Shown: positions 1 to 9,515 of the stretch, one piece after another | How the letters are laid out: every line of letters starts with the position of its first letter | Position numbering within the stretch: position 1 is the first letter of the stretch | From: Candidatus Dojkabacteria bacterium | Lineage (GTDB): Bacteria; Patescibacteriota; Dojkabacteria; JAOAGR01 | Length of the DNA stretch: 64,000 bases | Assembly: GCA_025999155.1 (NCBI GenBank) | Contig: AP026679.1 | Location: forward strand, 17,408 to 81,407 | Direction: 5' to 3' | The notes under the pieces: generated by a model | Told to the model about the DNA's origin: nothing | What the model saw: only the letters and a program-made list of their open reading frames with translations | The model's database searches: none | Program-made: the position numbers and the translations under genes

Positions 1-2
1 TG

Positions 3-2822
3 GGGTTTTTAGTATCAATTATATTTTTATGGATTATTATTATTACAATACTGAAACCAATAGTATTACGATTTGCCTTTTTTAATTTAATTAGGCAAAA
101 AATAGTTGCACTACTAATACTGTTTTGTTTAGTAATTGTTAGTACAGCTTTATCTTTTATTTTAATTTTTAGTTATTCATATAATTCATCTATTCAAGAA
201 ACTATCGATAAACGACTCGGTAATGTACAAGCCATAATTTATTCACACAACAAAAGATATTCACTTTCTGGAATTAACGAGATTTATAACCAAATATCCC
301 CTTATTTTGATAAATATTTACCTGTATCTTTAGAGCCAGCCAAATATGGCGATATCGATGTATTAATTACATATTTTGATCCGTCTATTGCAGAATTCTT
401 TGAGCCTCGGATTAAAGCAGATAAATTCCCGGACTTAAAGTCTAACGAGGTCGTGATACCAAAGACTTTAGCGGATAAAGAAAATCTTTTAGTAGAAGAT
501 AAAATTGATCTTATAATCAATGAAAAACACTACGAATTAGTAGTACGTGATATTATTGATGATAATGGACTAATTGGTTTCACGAAGCCCGTGACCTCTA
601 ACTTAAGAACCTTTGATTCAAATATCATTGTTGCGGAAAGTTTTATTAAGCAACTTTACGAAGATTCTATTTACAATACTGTATTATTAGGATTGGGTAC
701 ATTTTCATTGGCTGACATTGATTTAATTGATCGTAAGATTCAAAAATTTGACTCTGATCTAATTTTCGAAGAATTATCACAAAGTTATTTACAAAGTTTG
801 AGTGGTGGCAGCTGGGGGCTCAGTTTAAGTCAATTAATGTTGCTTGCCGTATTACCAATAATGTTAATGTGCTTAGGGGTAAGCTTACTGATGTTTAATT
901 GGAAATTAAATAAAAATATCAAGGAATTTGCTATTTTAAGATCTTTTGGAGTTTCCTCAAACGATATTATCTCTATCATATTTATTGAAATTTGTATTTA
1001 TTCAGTCATATCTTCTATATCTGGGTTGTTAATCAGCTATTTAAGTTTTGATGTTCTCAAAGCAATTCTGGTTAATATACTAAATATCGAAAGTCAATTC
1101 ATATTAAATTTGAGTCCCAAATTTGATTTGAGTAACTTACTAATAATCTTGTTTGCTTCAATTGGAGCTTTCGTGCTGGTACTGTTCTTTGGTGTTGTTA
1201 ATTTACCAAAGGTTTTGACTCAATTTGATCTCACGAAAAATTATCAATTTGTGCCAGAAAAACCATTTAAATTAAAAGACAATTCTCTCATTTTTATCGG
1301 ATTGCTTATATGTTTTTTAGCAGCTTATTATGTATTTATAGGATATATATCTGATAAAGAGCTATCAAAGTTCATAATATTTCTAGTATTTCAAATAGCT
1401 CTGTGGCTTATATCGCTTATATTCGTAAAAATTATTAAACGGTGGACTTTTTCTGTACTATCGGCAATTACAATTATTAATGTCATTGTCAATTCAGTAT
1501 TTTTTGAGTTATCATTTTTTCAAGATATTCAGCAGAAATATCCTATTTTCGCTATTATTCCAGCAATTATTTTGACTCTGACTGTAGCAATTTTTCTCCC
1601 TCATCTAATAGGCAAAATATCAGTAAAACGGCTTACGCTTGATGCGGCATTGAAACTCATATATAAAAATATGGTTTTCGCTGTTTTGACTATATGGATT
1701 GTGAATGTTATTTTTGTTCTCAGTAGCCTTACAGAAGCTTTCCGAGAGCAGACTCTCCAATCTTTTAAAGATGTTGGTGTGAATTATGATCTAGTAGCTA
1801 CTGACGAATATGGGTTGGCAAATTCGTATGATGTTTTAGATCAATTGAAAAAGATACCTGATGTCCGTGATGTAACACTTATCAATTCTGCAGATGTTGA
1901 TTTGATGGATACGACATACGCAGGATTTGGTTTGAAAGAGTTTGCTTATGAGAATAATATGGATCCTCAAGAGGAAATCAGAGGAATATTATCTGTTGTA
2001 GATTTTAAGCAGATTAATACAGAAATAGTATGGGATACTAAATTTCCAGATCCGATTGACGAGTTTTTTAAAAGTACTAGTTATGTCGTACTGGGGTATA
2101 ATTTCTTACGAGATGATCAAAATAATTCATCTTTTAATATTGGTGATAAGATAAGAATTCGGTTTCAAAACGGTAAAATTATTGAGCGAATAGTAATTGG
2201 TTATGTGCCGACTGATACAAAACGTCCTTTCAATGAATTATTTATTTCACCTGTTGATTATAATTTCCTGAGAGATGCTAGTCCGAAGGTAAGATTTTCT
2301 GCATTTTACGGCATTAAAGTTCATACATCGACTGATATAAATAATTTTGAAAGATTATTGAGACAAAAATTCGTAGATTCTTTTAATCGAGTGTTTCGTC
2401 CTGCTCAGAGTGTGTCTGATGTATCTGCGGTTATATTGCAACTGATAGAATATATGAAAGTGTATTTCAGAGGAACGATTTTTATTATATTAACCGTATT
2501 TGTCATAGCTTCTTATTTACCGATATTCACTGAAAGTAAGTTTAATTCGTTTCGTCGAGATTATTTCATTTACATAACTTTGTGGTCACAGTTAATATTA
2601 TTGTTTATATCAACAGTGTTAGCTATTATTAGCCACTCTTATATAATCAGTAAATTTTCAACTTTATGGAATATAAGCGTTAAGTATGATTTCGGTTATA
2701 ATGGGCTTTTACACTATATCTTGATACTGGCTCTATTTTTAGTCATAGTTGCAGTATTGATTTGGGTAGTTGATTATTTAATATATGAAAAAAAACAAAA
2801 GGCAAAATTTATCTTTAAATAA
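3..2822 (+). CDS. ABC transporter permease, FtsX/MacB (ABC3) family, 5'-truncated by the window edge
   Basis: The frame is open from position 3 (GFLVSIIFLW...) into the track ORF at 453. It has many TM segments, a KEFAILRSFG motif (FtsX-domain REIA-LRALG type), and overlaps a LolD-like ATPase gene. Confidence 0.8.
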   Translation, partial: GFLVSIIFLWIIIITILKPIVLRFAFFNLIRQKIVALLILFCLVIVSTALSFILIFSYSYNSSIQETIDKRLGNVQAIIYSHNKRYSLSGINEIYNQISPYFDKYLPVSLEPAKYGDIDVLITYFDPSIAEFFEPRIKADKFPDLKSNEVVIPKTLADKENLLVEDKIDLIINEKHYELVVRDIIDDNGLIGFTKPVTSNLRTFDSNIIVAESFIKQLYEDSIYNTVLLGLGTFSLADIDLIDRKIQKFDSDLIFEELSQSYLQSLSGGSWGLSLSQLMLLAVLPIMLMCLGVSLLMFNWKLNKNIKEFAILRSFGVSSNDIISIIFIEICIYSVISSISGLLISYLSFDVLKAILVNILNIESQFILNLSPKFDLSNLLIILFASIGAFVLVLFFGVVNLPKVLTQFDLTKNYQFVPEKPFKLKDNSLIFIGLLICFLAAYYVFIGYISDKELSKFIIFLVFQIALWLISLIFVKIIKRWTFSVLSAITIINVIVNSVFFELSFFQDIQQKYPIFAIIPAIILTLTVAIFLPHLIGKISVKRLTLDAALKLIYKNMVFAVLTIWIVNVIFVLSSLTEAFREQTLQSFKDVGVNYDLVATDEYGLANSYDVLDQLKKIPDVRDVTLINSADVDLMDTTYAGFGLKEFAYENNMDPQEEIRGILSVVDFKQINTEIVWDTKFPDPIDEFFKSTSYVVLGYNFLRDDQNNSSFNIGDKIRIRFQNGKIIERIVIGYVPTDTKRPFNELFISPVDYNFLRDASPKVRFSAFYGIKVHTSTDINNFERLLRQKFVDSFNRVFRPAQSVSDVSAVILQLIEYMKVYFRGTIFIILTVFVIASYLPIFTESKFNSFRRDYFIYITLWSQLILLFISTVLAIISHSYIISKFSTLWNISVKYDFGYNGLLHYILILALFLVIVAVLIWVVDYLIYEKKQKAKFIFK

Positions 2823-3483
2823 AGAGTTTTTAGATGTTCGTAATATATCTAAATCATATTTAATAAGAGGTCAGAGGCGTAGTGTACTAATGAATATACG
2901 TTTTGGAGTTGCTAAAGATGAATTTATATCGATCATAGGTCCGTCAGGTAGTGGAAAGTCTACTTTGTTTAATTGTCTTATCGGTCTAGAGAATGTAGAT
3001 GATGGCACAATTTTTTATGGTGATCAAAACTTCACCGATTTAACAGAGAATGATAAATTTGATTTTATAAACAAACACGTTGGATTTGTTTGTAGTCAAA
3101 ATAATTTACTAGATTTTTTAACACCTTCAGAAAATATCCTTTTACAAATGCAGACAAGTAAAGTATCTAACCATACAAAAACTATGGCCGACTTGATTAA
3201 CTTTTTAGAGCTTGATTCTATAGCAAATATAGTATGTGAGAAATTAGATTTTTACGAGCAGACGATTGTTGCCATAGCAAAAGCACTGTCTAAGGATACA
3301 CAAATCCTAATTCTCGATGAACCAGATGCTCGACTTAACTCTTTACAAAAAGAAAAACTCGTAAGTCTTTTAAAAAAAATACACAAAGAATTACGTATAC
3401 CAGTACTAATTTTTTCTGCTGATCCTATAATACCTATGGCTTCAGGTCGAGTGATTCGCATTAAAGATGGTAAAATAAATTAG
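2785..3483 (+). CDS. ABC transporter ATP-binding protein (LolD/MacB-like), degenerate signature
   Basis: Walker A GPSGSGKST and Walker B ILILDEP are present. LSGGQ is replaced by LDFYE and the H-loop lacks His. Confidence 0.85.
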   Translation: MKKNKRQNLSLNKEFLDVRNISKSYLIRGQRRSVLMNIRFGVAKDEFISIIGPSGSGKSTLFNCLIGLENVDDGTIFYGDQNFTDLTENDKFDFINKHVGFVCSQNNLLDFLTPSENILLQMQTSKVSNHTKTMADLINFLELDSIANIVCEKLDFYEQTIVAIAKALSKDTQILILDEPDARLNSLQKEKLVSLLKKIHKELRIPVLIFSADPIIPMASGRVIRIKDGKIN

Positions 3484-3484
3484 T

Positions 3485-4195
3485 ATGCATCGATTTATTT
3501 TGCGAAACAAGCACATTCGCAATAAAACCATAGTGTTTAACGAAGAGCAATCTCATAAAATAAGTAAAGTTTTGCGTATGGCTGTCGGAGATATTGTTGA
3601 AGTATTTGATAATAGTGGTTGGGTTTATGAAGTAGAATTATTCAAATTAACAAATGAAATTGCTCTCGGTAAAATTGTCTCACAAAAATTAATTGAGAAA
3701 ACTTCTCATATTACATTGTTTCAGTCTTTGATTAAGTTAACGAAAATTGATTTTATAATTGAAAAAAGTGTGGAATTAGGGGTTGATAAAATAGTGTTTT
3801 TTCGTTCCGAGTATTCGCAAATTAATACAAAATGGATTCATCACAAACATTTATCTAGATGGCAAAGAATTGCTGAGTCCGCGGCCGAACAAAGTGGTCG
3901 TGTTTTCGTACCTCAAATTATGGTTGATGTAAGAAAGTTCGATGATATTATGTCCGAATCAGCAGATACCGGTGCATTTATTTTGGATCCGGATGGTGAG
4001 GTATTAAGTTCGAAGCTTCTCAAGCATTCGCTTCACATTTGTTTTTTTGTAGGACCCGAGGGAGGTTTTTCTCATCAGGAAATAAATATTGCAGAAAAGC
4101 TAGGTATTCGGAAAATCAAGCTGTCAAACAATATCTTAAGAAGTGAAACAGCTTCTCTTGCTTTTCTTTCACAAATTTTTCTTTTTATTAATTAG
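3485..4195 (+). CDS. rsmE: 16S rRNA m3U1498 methyltransferase
   Basis: HKISKVLRM, EKSVELG, AAEQSGR, VGPEGGFS and ILRSETA motifs. Confidence 0.95.
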   Translation: MHRFILRNKHIRNKTIVFNEEQSHKISKVLRMAVGDIVEVFDNSGWVYEVELFKLTNEIALGKIVSQKLIEKTSHITLFQSLIKLTKIDFIIEKSVELGVDKIVFFRSEYSQINTKWIHHKHLSRWQRIAESAAEQSGRVFVPQIMVDVRKFDDIMSESADTGAFILDPDGEVLSSKLLKHSLHICFFVGPEGGFSHQEINIAEKLGIRKIKLSNNILRSETASLAFLSQIFLFIN

Positions 4196-4955
4196 GTTTA
4201 CCTCGGGCTAAGCATAATCCGTAAATTTTAGTATTTGGATAGAATTTCTTTATCGTTTTTGCACATTCATTTAAAGTTGCGCCTGTAGAACATATATCAT
4301 CAATAATTAAAATTGAGTTCACATCTAGATCTTTTGTTAAGTTAGGATTGATTGAAAAAGCGTTTTCTAGGTTTGTTAGTCGTTTTTGTCGGTCTAGGTC
4401 AGCTTGATTTTTTGTTGATCTATGTTTCTCTAAAATGTCAATACAAGGAATATTCAACCTCCGAGATAATTCTTGAGCTAATAATTGCGAATGATTAAAT
4501 CCTCGTGAGGCTGCTTTATCCTTATGCAGTGGAACAAAGGTGATAAGTTGTATATCGGCAAAATTTATGTTTTGAAATTCTTTCGATTGAAGTATTAAGT
4601 CAATAACATATTTTATTAGTTGTTTGCGACCTTCGTACTTGATTTCTGTAATTAATGAATGAATAACGTGATTGTAATAATAAAAATAATACACTTTTTC
4701 TAAATAGGTCATTGATTTTAATGTATCTTCGATTTCCCAATCTTTTGAGGGTTTTCGAGAGATAAAAGATTCAGGCGTAATATTTTCTAGAGATGCTCGA
4801 CATTCATTACAAATAAACCCTTGTTTGTAGATTTTACATGCTACACATTGTGTGGGAAAAGCAAATTCGATACATAATTCAAACAATTTCTTTAGATGTT
4901 CTACTAGAAATGCTGTCTTACTATGAAAATGATTTCTAGAATAATGTTTTTCCAT
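4188..4955 (-). CDS. comF: ComF family competence protein (zinc ribbon + phosphoribosyltransferase-like)
   Basis: CxxC...CxxC N-terminus, VPLH, RGFNHS, IIDDICSTGATL. Confidence 0.9.
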   Translation of the reverse strand: MEKHYSRNHFHSKTAFLVEHLKKLFELCIEFAFPTQCVACKIYKQGFICNECRASLENITPESFISRKPSKDWEIEDTLKSMTYLEKVYYFYYYNHVIHSLITEIKYEGRKQLIKYVIDLILQSKEFQNINFADIQLITFVPLHKDKAASRGFNHSQLLAQELSRRLNIPCIDILEKHRSTKNQADLDRQKRLTNLENAFSINPNLTKDLDVNSILIIDDICSTGATLNECAKTIKKFYPNTKIYGLCLARGKPN

Positions 4956-4959
4956 ACTG

Positions 4960-4988
4960 TTGCAAGAGTTTTGTAAAAATATTATATT
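4960..4988 (+). promoter_or_regulatory. sigma70-type promoter of the mraZ operon
   Basis: TTGCAA (4960-4965), 17 bp spacer, TATATT (4983-4988). Confidence 0.6.
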
Positions 4989-4992
4989 TGAA

Positions 4993-5017
4993 TGGTGATA
5001 AATGGTGAAATCTGGTG
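4993..5017 (+). promoter_or_regulatory. MraZ-binding direct repeats (3x TGGTG, 10-bp period)
   Basis: TGGTG at 4993, 5003 and 5013, directly upstream of the mraZ ATG. The layout matches the E. coli TGGGN repeats. Confidence 0.75.
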
Positions 5018-5020
5018 GAT

Positions 5021-5464
5021 ATGCTAATCGGTGAATTTGAAACGAAGATTACAGATAATAACCGAGTAGCAGTACCAAAAAAGTTTAGAGGAGAATTAGG
5101 AGATGATCTGATAATTTTAAACGGGTATGAAGGGTGTTTGATCATTGTCGATGAGCAAAAGTTTTTAGCTCTTACAAAAGATATTGTTGAAGGAAGATTC
5201 ATCAATGACGCTGTACGAGATATGACAAGGTTTCTAGTGGGATCTGCGCAAGAAATTCATTTGGATAATCAGGGGAGATTTGTACTGCCTCAATCTCTTC
5301 GTGATTATGCGTGTCTTGAGTCAGAGTGTATTTTTTTAGGTTTATTTAATTGGATTGAATTATGGAGTAAGTCCCGGTGGATGGAACGCAAGAAATTTGT
5401 GAAGAGGAATGCTGCAGAGATAGCAAGTAAGTTAGCAAGAACTCTTGATGGTAGGGATTTTTAA
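5021..5464 (+). CDS. mraZ: Transcriptional regulator MraZ
   Basis: MLIGEF...NRVAVPKKFR, DNQGRFVLPQSLR, WIELW; precedes rsmH. ATG 5021 is preferred over GTG 5015. Confidence 0.95.
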   Translation: MLIGEFETKITDNNRVAVPKKFRGELGDDLIILNGYEGCLIIVDEQKFLALTKDIVEGRFINDAVRDMTRFLVGSAQEIHLDNQGRFVLPQSLRDYACLESECIFLGLFNWIELWSKSRWMERKKFVKRNAAEIASKLARTLDGRDF

Positions 5465-6338
5465 AGAGCACGAAAGACACAGCCCCGTCATGCTGGGAGA
5501 TGTGTTGGATGAGTTTGAGAAAGTAAGTAAGAGATTATCTAGTTTAGTTGCAATTGATTGTACTCTGGGGCAAGCTGGACACTCAATCGAAATTTTTAAA
5601 AACCTTAAACGAGGAGTTTTACTATCAATTGACAAATCTAAATGTAGTATCGATTGGGTGTCTAGATATTATTGTTTTACAGAAAAGAAGTTAGTACAAG
5701 ACAATAAAGTTTGGGAGATTATTCATGATGATTTTGCTAATTTGAATGAAATTTTAGAAAGTCGTGGTTTGAAGTATTTTGATTTTTTAATTGCAGATTT
5801 AGGTTTTTCAAATTTACAACTTCAACAAAATATCGGGATTTCGTACAGCAATCAAAGCCAAAAGTTAGATATGCGGTATGGAGATGAAGGTATAGATGCT
5901 GCGACTTTTTTAAATACTGTGACGAAGAGTGAGTTGGAACAAATCCTACTTAATTGTGTACAAATGCAAAAGTCTTTGGTGGGTCCCGTTGCCCAGGCAA
6001 TTGTCACTTTTCGACAAAAACGAAAGTTTGTATATGTAAAAGATTTGGTTAATGCTATAGGTAAATTTGGTGATAGAGTGAAAATGAAAGTCTTTCATGG
6101 TATTCGGGTACACATCAACCAAGAAATCACGAAATTATACAAGCTCCTTGAAGTTATTAAACAGAGGCAATCTGAACTGGGTCTTTCTTTAATAATATCT
6201 TTTAACAGTATAGAAGAGCAAGTAATCACAAGTTGCTTAGGAGTTCACGAGATACGAGAACCAAACATAACTGAAATAGTTTCAAATGTACAGGCGAGAA
6301 GTGCAAAGTTACATATTTATAAGAAACAAATTAGTTGA
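5445..6338 (+). CDS. rsmH: 16S rRNA m4C1402 methyltransferase (MraW)
   Basis: HSPVML, DCTLGQAGHS, DLGFS, LDMRY, ARSAKL; follows mraZ. Confidence 0.9.
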   Translation: MMVGIFKEHERHSPVMLGDVLDEFEKVSKRLSSLVAIDCTLGQAGHSIEIFKNLKRGVLLSIDKSKCSIDWVSRYYCFTEKKLVQDNKVWEIIHDDFANLNEILESRGLKYFDFLIADLGFSNLQLQQNIGISYSNQSQKLDMRYGDEGIDAATFLNTVTKSELEQILLNCVQMQKSLVGPVAQAIVTFRQKRKFVYVKDLVNAIGKFGDRVKMKVFHGIRVHINQEITKLYKLLEVIKQRQSELGLSLIISFNSIEEQVITSCLGVHEIREPNITEIVSNVQARSAKLHIYKKQIS

Positions 6339-6618
6339 ACACAAAAAAATAGGCCCCATAAAAATTGTCGTTGGACTTACTGGTTTTTTAGCTATTATTA
6401 CCGTGCTTGTTCATTTGTTTGTCATGAGCGAGTATGCTACGAAAGGGGATGAAATAGCAATATTACAAGCACGTAAAGAGGAATTGATGAAGGAAAATTT
6501 AATGTTGCAAGAACAGATAGCAGCTGCGAATAACTTGGACATTTTACGAAAGAAAGCAGAAGAATCAGGATATGTGGCTCTGAATCAGGATCAACTGAGA
6601 TATATCAAAATAGACTGA
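6286..6618 (+). CDS. ftsL: FtsL-like cell division protein
   Basis: Single TM plus coiled coil ending KAEESG; lies between rsmH and ftsI. The start may be slightly downstream. Confidence 0.65.
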   Translation: MYRREVQSYIFIRNKLVEHKKIGPIKIVVGLTGFLAIITVLVHLFVMSEYATKGDEIAILQARKEELMKENLMLQEQIAAANNLDILRKKAEESGYVALNQDQLRYIKID

Positions 6619-6679
6619 TTTCTGACTGTAATCAATATTTGTAATTAATAATAGATATCTGATCTTTGACTAATCAGAA

Positions 6680-8746
6680 ATGATGACAGCATATTTGCAA
6701 CGCACTAGGTTCATAAAATTTCTTTTTTTGTTTTTTGTTTGTATTCTGATTTTCCAGTTATTTCGTTTGCAAATTCTAGAACATGAGCGCTGGACTATTC
6801 GAGCAGAGCAGAAACAAACATTTCGTACAATTTACAAGCCAACCAGGGGAAGTGTGTATTTTGCTGATGGTAGCATTTTAGCTATTAGTAAGCTGGCTTA
6901 TAATGTTTATGCTTTACCAAGGGAATTTGAGAAAAAACCAGCAAAGCAAGCTAATGTAAATATAGAGCAATTTGTCTATGATTTCTCTGAATTAAGTGGG
7001 GTGAAAAAAGATGCCGTGATGTCAAGAATGAATTCGGGTGCTTCATACGTACTTATAGGGAAGCGTTTGGAGCCTTCCGTTATACAAAAATTAGAGGAAA
7101 GATACCCGCGAAGTTTAAATGTTTGGAATATTGAGACTCAATATGTTCGTTTTTATCCGAATCGCGAGCTTGGAGCTAAAATTATTGGATTTGTAAGAGA
7201 AAATGATAGAGGTGAGGAAATGGGTCAATACGGTGTCGAGCAATATTTTGATGGTCTTTTAAGAGGTGCGGAGGGATTATTCAAAGGTATCAGGGATAAA
7301 TCTAGGCTTGTGATTGCAAATCAGGATTATGAAGTAGTTGCATCGCGTAATGGAGTCGATATAACTTTGACTATAGATAGAGGTATACAAGCTTTAGTGG
7401 AAGAATATGCTAAAAAATATACTGATATTTTTAAGGCAAAGGAAGCTACCATAGTTATTATCGAACCAAATACGGGGAGGCTTTTAGCTGTTGCAAATTA
7501 TCCTACATACGATCCAAATGTATACTGGGAAGGAGAATTAATAGACTGTAATCTTGAATATTATAAGGTGTTACATGAGGATTGTAATAAAAAAAATTTA
7601 ACTACATCGAGCCCTTCTCAAGAAAGCAATACTAATAATGAAATTGTTTATCCTGATGGTTATCTAGAAAGACTAAGAGAGTTGGAAGAATTACAACGTA
7701 AGCTTGAGGAAGAAAAAAAGAAATTAGAATCCGAACTGCAAAATAACAACGGAGAAAGTTTAACTGCAGCAGAAAAAGAAAAATTATCAAAATATCCAGA
7801 ATCCGTTAGGGAAATATTTCGTAAAAAAAGCTTACCTGTCTCAGAAATATATCGTAATTCCGCAAATTCTGTACTTTATGAACCAGGATCAGTCATGAAA
7901 GTTATTACTCTTGCTATAGCTTATAATGCAAAAACCATTCCTCAAGATATTAATTATTCCCTTGGTGGACATTCTGGATGTGAAAAAGTTATTGATGCTA
8001 CGCTGTGTACAATAACTAAACTCCCTGTCTCGTCTTTAAACATTAAAGATATGCTGATTGATTCAGATAATGTTGGGGCTTTGAGAGTTGCTCTATCTGT
8101 TCCTATCAAGGATTTTATTGATACTTATGAAAAATTTGGGCTTGGTAGGAAGAGTGGTGTGGAATTAGCTGACGAAGCAGTATTTTCGATTAAAGATCCT
8201 TCAGAATGGACAAAGGTAGATGTCGCAACTTCTTCGTATGGGCAAGGTAGTATTGCTTTTACTCCTATACAACTTGCCGCAGCTTGGAATGTACTAGCTT
8301 CTGGAGGTAAATATTATGCTCCAACAATAGTCAAATCCATGAATGACAATGGACGTCAAAAGGACTTCGAACCGGTTCCTGTCCGCGATGTAATCTCAGA
8401 AGATGCTGCGAAAGCAACATTGTATGCTAGCGGAGTTTCTACCTCCGAAGGACATCCAAAAGCTAGGGCTTTTTATAAGAAATATCCATATGCTGGGAAA
8501 ACAGGAACAGCAGATATTTCGAAAACAAGTTCTGTTGGTTATAGGGAAAATGTTGTAAACACAAGTTACGTTGGCATTGCTCCTCTTGATAATCCTCGTT
8601 TTACCATGCTTGTTTGGTTCCGTGAGCCACGTATAGGCATAGACGGTGGTAATCCTACTTCTGGTAATACAGCTCTTCATGCTTGGCTTGATTTGGCTGA
8701 ACAATTAATGATAAAACTGAATATATCTCCTAAAGATGTTGAATAA
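6680..8746 (+). CDS. ftsI: Class B penicillin-binding protein (FtsI/PBP2 family) with a large insertion
   Basis: RGSVY, RFYP, GQYGVE, LTID, EPGSVMK (SxxK), SDN, KTGT. Confidence 0.9.
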   Translation: MMTAYLQRTRFIKFLFLFFVCILIFQLFRLQILEHERWTIRAEQKQTFRTIYKPTRGSVYFADGSILAISKLAYNVYALPREFEKKPAKQANVNIEQFVYDFSELSGVKKDAVMSRMNSGASYVLIGKRLEPSVIQKLEERYPRSLNVWNIETQYVRFYPNRELGAKIIGFVRENDRGEEMGQYGVEQYFDGLLRGAEGLFKGIRDKSRLVIANQDYEVVASRNGVDITLTIDRGIQALVEEYAKKYTDIFKAKEATIVIIEPNTGRLLAVANYPTYDPNVYWEGELIDCNLEYYKVLHEDCNKKNLTTSSPSQESNTNNEIVYPDGYLERLRELEELQRKLEEEKKKLESELQNNNGESLTAAEKEKLSKYPESVREIFRKKSLPVSEIYRNSANSVLYEPGSVMKVITLAIAYNAKTIPQDINYSLGGHSGCEKVIDATLCTITKLPVSSLNIKDMLIDSDNVGALRVALSVPIKDFIDTYEKFGLGRKSGVELADEAVFSIKDPSEWTKVDVATSSYGQGSIAFTPIQLAAAWNVLASGGKYYAPTIVKSMNDNGRQKDFEPVPVRDVISEDAAKATLYASGVSTSEGHPKARAFYKKYPYAGKTGTADISKTSSVGYRENVVNTSYVGIAPLDNPRFTMLVWFREPRIGIDGGNPTSGNTALHAWLDLAEQLMIKLNISPKDVE

Positions 8747-9515
8747 AGCACGAAAACTTAGTCTTCTATGGTTTCAAGTACTAATATTTTTTTGTGTGTT
8801 TGCTTCGGTAATTATCGCATTATCAAATACTGTTATTTTTAATTCAGGCACAGATGTCAGTCTGAGTGTGCGTGATGTGTTATCCGAAAGAATAGATGAT
8901 AATCAACCTGATATTTTACAATATAATTCATTTAAAACCGTACAGTATCTCACTCCGATACCTACTCCGATACAATCTACCGGTGGGGTAAAAATTATTA
9001 ATACAAGAGAATATATTTATTATCCATTGTCTAAACAAAATCCTATCGGTAATGTACAACCAAATGATTTAGTCGAACTCCCAAAATCGTATACCACACG
9101 AAAGATATTGGTATCACAATTAATAGTCAGTGACCTTATAAAATTAATCAAGGCTGCAAAACAAGATAATCTAGAATTACGGGTTGTTTCAGGTTATAGA
9201 TCTTTTCAGGAACAACAAAATTTGTTTAGCTATTATAAGGCTGAAGAGAAAAAGAAAAATCCTTCGCTTGATGATATGCAGATTGAACTATTAGTAAACA
9301 CCTATTCTGCAAAGCCAGGCTATAGCGAACATCACTTAGGTACTGTAGTAGATATATTGTCTGCCGAGAATAACTATCAATTTGATTCTGATCCTAACTT
9401 AAAATACGTCCAATGGCTTGAAAATAATGCTTATAAATACAACTTTCGAATAAGCTATTATAAAGGTAATCCTGAGTATATATATGAGCCTTGGCATATC
9501 AGGTGGTGGCCTTAA
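8736..9515 (+). CDS. M15B D-Ala-D-Ala carboxypeptidase (VanY/LdcB-like), membrane-anchored
   Basis: SGYRS, SAKPGYSEHHLG..D, YEPWHIR; N-terminal TM. Confidence 0.9.
   Translation: MLNKARKLSLLWFQVLIFFCVFASVIIALSNTVIFNSGTDVSLSVRDVLSERIDDNQPDILQYNSFKTVQYLTPIPTPIQSTGGVKIINTREYIYYPLSKQNPIGNVQPNDLVELPKSYTTRKILVSQLIVSDLIKLIKAAKQDNLELRVVSGYRSFQEQQNLFSYYKAEEKKKNPSLDDMQIELLVNTYSAKPGYSEHHLGTVVDILSAENNYQFDSDPNLKYVQWLENNAYKYNFRISYYKGNPEYIYEPWHIRWWP

Noticed and set aside
7546-7860. FtsI insertion as a possible intein
   Set aside because: There is no block-A/B pattern and no His-Asn followed by Cys/Ser/Thr at a plausible junction; the sequence looks coiled-coil.
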